This document shows, one piece after another, positions 58,103 to 64,000 of a stretch of DNA of 64,000 bases (the first letter of the stretch is position 1; every line of letters begins with the position of its first letter). Location: the NCBI RefSeq assembly GCF_006345805.1, contig NW_021833925.1, positions 1-64,000 on the forward strand. Direction: 5' to 3'. The notes beneath the pieces are model-generated. The model did no database searches. It saw only the letters and a list, made by a program, of their open reading frames with translations, and was not told the origin of the DNA. The stretch is from Octopus sinensis (Eukaryota). Made by a program: the position numbers and the translations under genes.

Positions 58103-58239
58103 TGTGTGTGCGTTTGTGTGTGTGTGAGTGTGTGTGTATTTCATATATATATATATACATAATACATGTATTTTGTAAATGTATATATTTGATATATATA
58201 TATGTATTTCATATATACAATACATACATACATACATAT

Positions 58240-58275
<36 letters not shown>

Positions 58276-58420
58276 CGTGTATATATATACATTTATATAT
58301 GTGTGTGTGCGTGTATTTTATGCATATATATATATATTATATGTATTTATAAATATATATATATTTTATGTATATTATGTATGTATATATTATATATATA
58401 TATATATATGAACACACACA

Positions 58421-58471
<51 letters not shown>

Positions 58472-58837
58472 TCATATGCTCACGCACTTGTGTGTGTATG
58501 TTTGTGTGTGTGTGTTTCTGTAGAATTGTATGAAAAAAAAACATGGTATAGCATAGCTCTATTCGTCATTAGTTAAACACGCAAACACACTGTATTCGAC
58601 CAAGCAGGGGTCTAATGAGTTTGATATCGATTTTTAGAAAGTATATTTGAATTCTAGCAGCTCTCTCTTGTTTCGACTACTCAGTATGACTTACGATATT
58701 TTTTTGTGCGTACGTGGGGAGTGGATGGCACACAATGATCAAGTAAGGTGTCAGGACTATGAGCATGGTGTTTCAAGGAATATTATTTCATATAGATATA
58801 TATGACCTATATATATATATGTTTGTATTTACTTTTG

Positions 58838-59010
<173 letters not shown>

Positions 59011-59373
59011 CTGTCTGCCTGTCTGTCTGTCTATCATATATGTGTGACTGTGTGATTATATAGCATATATTTTGCTATATGCGTTTCCCTCAGTATACAT
59101 TTTGTTCTTGCTCATATGTGTGTTTGTGTTTAGGTAGATAGATAGATAGATAGACAGATAGATAGATGGATAGATAGATGGATGGATGGATGGACGGGCG
59201 GACGGATAAACAAAAAGACAGACAGACAGATAGAGAGATAAATAGATAGAGAGAGAGAGAGAGAGAGGGGGTAATAGGGCTGAGAGAGAGTGGTGGATAG
59301 ACAGGCAAACAAATACGTATGTAGACAGATAAATAAGTAGATAGATAGATAGAGAGAGAGAGAGAGATAGATG

Positions 59374-59449
<76 letters not shown>

Positions 59450-59858
59450 TGTAGATAGATAGATATACACACACGCACGAATGTATGCTCGTGTTATATA
59501 TACTTTTGTACGTTACATTGAATTCTCCATAAACATGCGAGTGTGTACTTCTCTACTGTCGTGCATACATCCAAACATACATACATACATACAAACTTGC
59601 AATACATATTTACAGTCCCATAATACAATACATACCTATAACTCATAACTGAAAGTATTAAAGTTTTTGCTGTATGTAAATCCTAAGAATTAAAGGGGTT
59701 TTGCGATAACTGAGTATCATGCACTTTCGCACTTACACATGAGTTTCCACTGGTAACTATCTTTATATGTGACATCGTGTCTCAAGAATTCAATGCTTTA
59801 AATCTGTTTATAACTATTTGTTTCAGATATGTTGTATACTTCCTCTCACAAACACATT

Positions 59859-59895
<37 letters not shown>

Positions 59896-60113
59896 CATCA
59901 TCATCATCATCATCATCACCAAAGTAATATATTAAGATAGGCATTTGTACTCTTATATTGTCACATCGTATATTTCAGGAACTAGCCCTTTATAGACACA
60001 CACACACACATATATATCTGTAAATGTAATATGTGACATAATTTGTTGTCCTACCATTTTTATCAATTTATATATATATATATATATACACATACATACT
60101 TACATACACATAG

Positions 60114-60165
<52 letters not shown>

Positions 60166-60368
60166 TATATATATATTATATATATATATGCATATATATA
60201 TAGCGTGTATATATATTTACGCCATATGCATGTGAATGTACAGAGAACACAAAAGAATTTAAAAGACAATATTTTAATTTCTCATGCGCTCAATCACGAC
60301 TGACCTTGGGCTAAACAAAAATAGCGAATTTCAGATTCAACCTTCACTGCATAATCTAATGTCAATTT

Positions 60369-60417
<49 letters not shown>

Positions 60418-60483
60418 TGTATGTATGTATGTATGTATATTTCTACATATATGTATTCATAATTTAAATTTTTTTTATTTTAG

Positions 60484-60633
60484 ATAATGGACAGGATTTC
60501 TATCCTGGTTATCAAGCCTACAACGAATTCTTCCCCGGTCAAGGACAAGAAGGCCCCGGTAACATAAACTTCCTTCCGCCTACGTCACAAGGAACCCCTC
60601 CGATTAGCCTAGAACAATCTTTACATCCCGGCG
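60484..60633 (+). CDS. Lhx1: Next coding exon of the Lhx1/5 gene (C-terminal Tyr/Pro/Gly-rich region)
   Basis: Acceptor ttttttttattttag|AT at 60483/60484 and donor GGCG|gtatgt at 60633/60634; 150 nt, phase 1 to phase 1. Spliced to the previous exon (G+AT=Asp) it is open: DNGQDFYPGYQAYNEFFPGQGQEGPGNINFLPPTSQGTPPISLEQSLHPG. This resembles vertebrate LHX1 after the equivalent intron (D..EYYGPG..YDFFPQGP...FVP...GTP, recalled). It is a GC-richer island in AT-rich intron. Confidence 0.88.
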
Positions 60634-61166
60634 GTATGTTCCTTCATAATCACTCTTATGCTCCCACGGCCTAACATTGGATCACTCACAGATTTATCAT
60701 TATTAAACAATAAAATCAAAAATTTTTAAATAATAAATATAAAATATAACACTATTACAAAAACGGTTAAAACAAAACATAAAAAATACACCATTGGTCA
60801 TAACAGAACTATATTGATTTCCACGTAGTCTCATATGCTGGAAATCAATATAAAAATCAACGTAACAACTGCTACATCATCATCAATAACAACAATAAGA
60901 GAGCAAATAAATACCTGATTGGTCAGTCAATTCATTCATTGCTGTATTAATTAGCATCTTCATTAAATAAATGTATAAACAAAGACAGTAAACATCACAT
61001 TATGTAGGAAATCACATATTGGCATGTACACAGGTTTATGTAAGCATGTGTGTGAGTGTGTGTGTGTGTGTTTGCGTGAATACCTATGTGTCTCGAACAC
61101 ACATCCACATGTATACATATGTAAATACGTATGTATATTTGTACATTGAAATATATATGTGAGTGA

Positions 61167-61197
<31 letters not shown>

Positions 61198-61394
61198 TAC
61201 AATGTAACTCAAAGTTATACGGTCATATACATTGATAGTAAAGAAAAACTCACATACACATACATTGAAGCATTTCCTGCCCTGCCCCACATACCGGCAT
61301 AGAGGTATGCATGCATTTTCACCTGTATATTTTTGCATACAATTCACTCGGGTGACACTTGCACGCTTTTCAAAAGGTAATAATAATAATAATA

Positions 61395-61428
<34 letters not shown>

Positions 61429-61455
61429 TTTAACAACAACAACAACAACAACAAC

Positions 61456-61507
<52 letters not shown>

Positions 61508-61648
61508 TGCGTGTACAAAGGCATTTAACACTTGAGTGTGCATGAACGTGTTAAACATGTATGTATACGCATATATTTCATTCAACGCTACTTCGTGCGA
61601 TTCTAGCTAAATAACAACAATAATAACAACAACAACAACTACAACAAC

Positions 61649-61684
<36 letters not shown>

Positions 61685-62611
61685 CATGATAATGATAATA
61701 ATGTACAGCATTTTTAACTTCAACGTTTTCCAGTTCAGACATTTTCCTTCTGCGTGTTGATTCTTTTAAAACTTATTATTTTTTCGTTAGTTTAAGTTTG
61801 GTAACTTAAATGCATAGATTCTTCGAGGGTTTGTTTGGGGAGCAATCATAGTGTAAAGTGGGTGTGAGTTCATATTACATCGTCACTTGTATTTTTAACA
61901 GTATCCGAGCACAATCCTCCTGACCGTGTGTATGTATGTATGGTGTGCGCGCGCGACAGGAACCGCCCTCTAAAATTTCTGTCCATTGTGTGTGTACAAC
62001 AAGTGTAAATGGATATATATATATACTTCAAGCACTTCAACATTTTACCTAATATTCAGGTTTAATCAGCTTAACAACGCAATATGACAAGGTGGGCTCG
62101 CCACACAAAAATACACAGTCAGTTAACTTCACTTAAGCATTATTATTTGGTGACAAAATTTTCGTCGCACCGACATTCATCAGGTTACTGACGTCATTCC
62201 ATTGCACACCCACCCACGCATTCATCCCACCCCCTCATATATATATATATATAGACAGAACTGCTTCACCATCGTATTTATTATAGGGCAAAAGAGCAGG
62301 TATTCCAAATAACTTATACTCGTAACTCTCAGGCAAAATGAACATTATACTGTGTGTGTGACAAGGCTGGCCCTTTCAATTACACAGACAGAAAACACAT
62401 TCGACCTGCTTCGACATAGTCTCATAGAAATGATTCTACCTTCTGAATCTAAATTACCAAGCTTGGTTCGAGTCATATCTACGGCAGATGATTCAACAGA
62501 AAATGCTGCGGCATCATTTGAACTCTCTACGTCATGATTAGAGAACATCACCCTATTTACACACTAAGTTGAAAAGAGTAAATCGTCGAAGTGTAAAAAT
62601 TCGCATAATAA

Positions 62612-62805
62612 TAGTCCTTCCAACTATAGGCAGAAAGCCTATACTATTTAGATGGGAAGGAGATAGTCGATTTCATTGAGGTCATTCATTGCTCAACTGG
62701 CGCTCATTTTATCGACCCCGAGAGGATGAAAGGCGGTATGTGAACTCAGAACGTAAAGACAGGCGAAATGCCGCGAAGCACTTCGTTAAGCGTCCTAACG
62801 ATTCA
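62612..62805 (-). mobile_element. SINE family A copy, reverse orientation
   Basis: TTTTATCGACCCCGAGAGGATGAAAGGC...TGAACTCAGAACGTAAAGACAGGCGAAATGCCG...CTAACGATTC. Confidence 0.75.
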
Positions 62806-63403
62806 TAGTATTGAGTATTTTTAAGCTCTTCACATTTACATTAAAGTTAAGAATTTCCACTCAGTATGAAGTTATGGAAGTTAGAGGGGAAATGAACTAT
62901 TTTTATTGCTAAATATTTGAACGCAACAAAGTTCGGCGAAGCGTTAACTTTTCAGTAATCTAAGCTTCAATTCTTGTTCACAATTAAAACCATCCAACAG
63001 CAAAGTATGAAAAATATCAACAACTTTAAATTTGCTTATTACAAAATCGATGGGCCTTTACATCTCTGGAGAAATTCTTGCATTTCTAATTCTATGTTAG
63101 AAATTTATTTACAAAATATATTTGAAATTAAACCTTTTCCACCAAAACCAAGGCAAGTGAGAGGCTAGTAAGTTAGACTGTCAGATACCAGAGCATAATA
63201 AAACTACAGACACACACACACTTATACACAGACATCTCCTAGTTTTAAGGGCGACAGAAAAAGTACTCAATACCATTGTAGAGTATAATAGTCCATCTGA
63301 CTAGTAGCCTTTTATTGAGCACTTTCCCTTAACAGGTAATTGATTCCTCTGAGAGGAACCAAGCGCACAGGGAAATTAGCTATGGGGCAGCCGAAATAAA
63401 CCA

Positions 63404-63434
<31 letters not shown>

Positions 63435-64000
63435 ACTTTTGGTGAGTGAAAGTATACACTACAGATCATCCATGCACTACGGAATATTTTATAAATGAAT
63501 AAAGCAACATTTTTTTTAAAAATTAACAACCAGCAGCAACAATACCGTCACCCAACATTGTCAAAAAACAATATCATAAACATCATCTTTATCATCTTCA
63601 CGTATAAATACATAAAAAGAAGAAAAAAAAACTTTGAACCAGAAAGTTTATTTGATTTACAGGTTATATTTTATTTCCAGAACAACTTGTGATAATCTTA
63701 ATAAAAAATGTATGTATATGAAAAATCTATAAAAAAAAACTATATCACAAGAAATATTGTGTATAAAAGATATGAAATATAAATAAATATTCGTGATGTA
63801 TAAAATTTTCATTCCAATTTGATTTTTTTCGTTTTTTTCCTCCTTTTTTTTCTAAATATTTATTTTATCTCTTTGTTATTGCATAAACCGTTTAGAAGTG
63901 TTTAGCATTATTTTTTCCTTCTGTGTCACTATTTGCGTGCATGTGCTTGCGAATATATATATATAATACGTGTTTAAAGTTATGTTGTGATATAATTTCT

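Overview
This is AT-rich, microsatellite-saturated animal genomic DNA. The SINE sequences and repeat landscape fit an Octopus/coleoid cephalopod genome best (inference). The window lies almost entirely within introns of one + strand gene, a LIM-homeobox gene of the Lhx1/Lhx5 (Lim1/lin-11) group. Two coding exons are visible: 28848-29028 (homeodomain helix 3 and the Lhx1/5 signature) and 60484-60633 (C-terminal region, absent from the ORF track), joined in frame across a 31,455-nt phase-1 intron. Nearly all other listed ORFs are microsatellite artefacts. The introns hold at least four SINE families, R4/Dong-type retrotransposon 3' fragments in (TAA)n, a non-autonomous Helitron, a 194-bp x9 satellite and a ~630-bp near-perfect palindrome. 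The most notable signal is three unrelated short repeat types, all in or beside (TA)n tracts, that carry hammerhead-ribozyme motifs. One is a near-canonical type I hammerhead inside a 469-bp unit with ~81-bp terminal redundancy (retrozyme/Penelope-like). One is a U3-A8 compensatory variant in the palindrome arms. One is a minimal, probably dimer-dependent motif in five ~200-bp copies. Repeat boundaries are read by eye and approximate unless stated.
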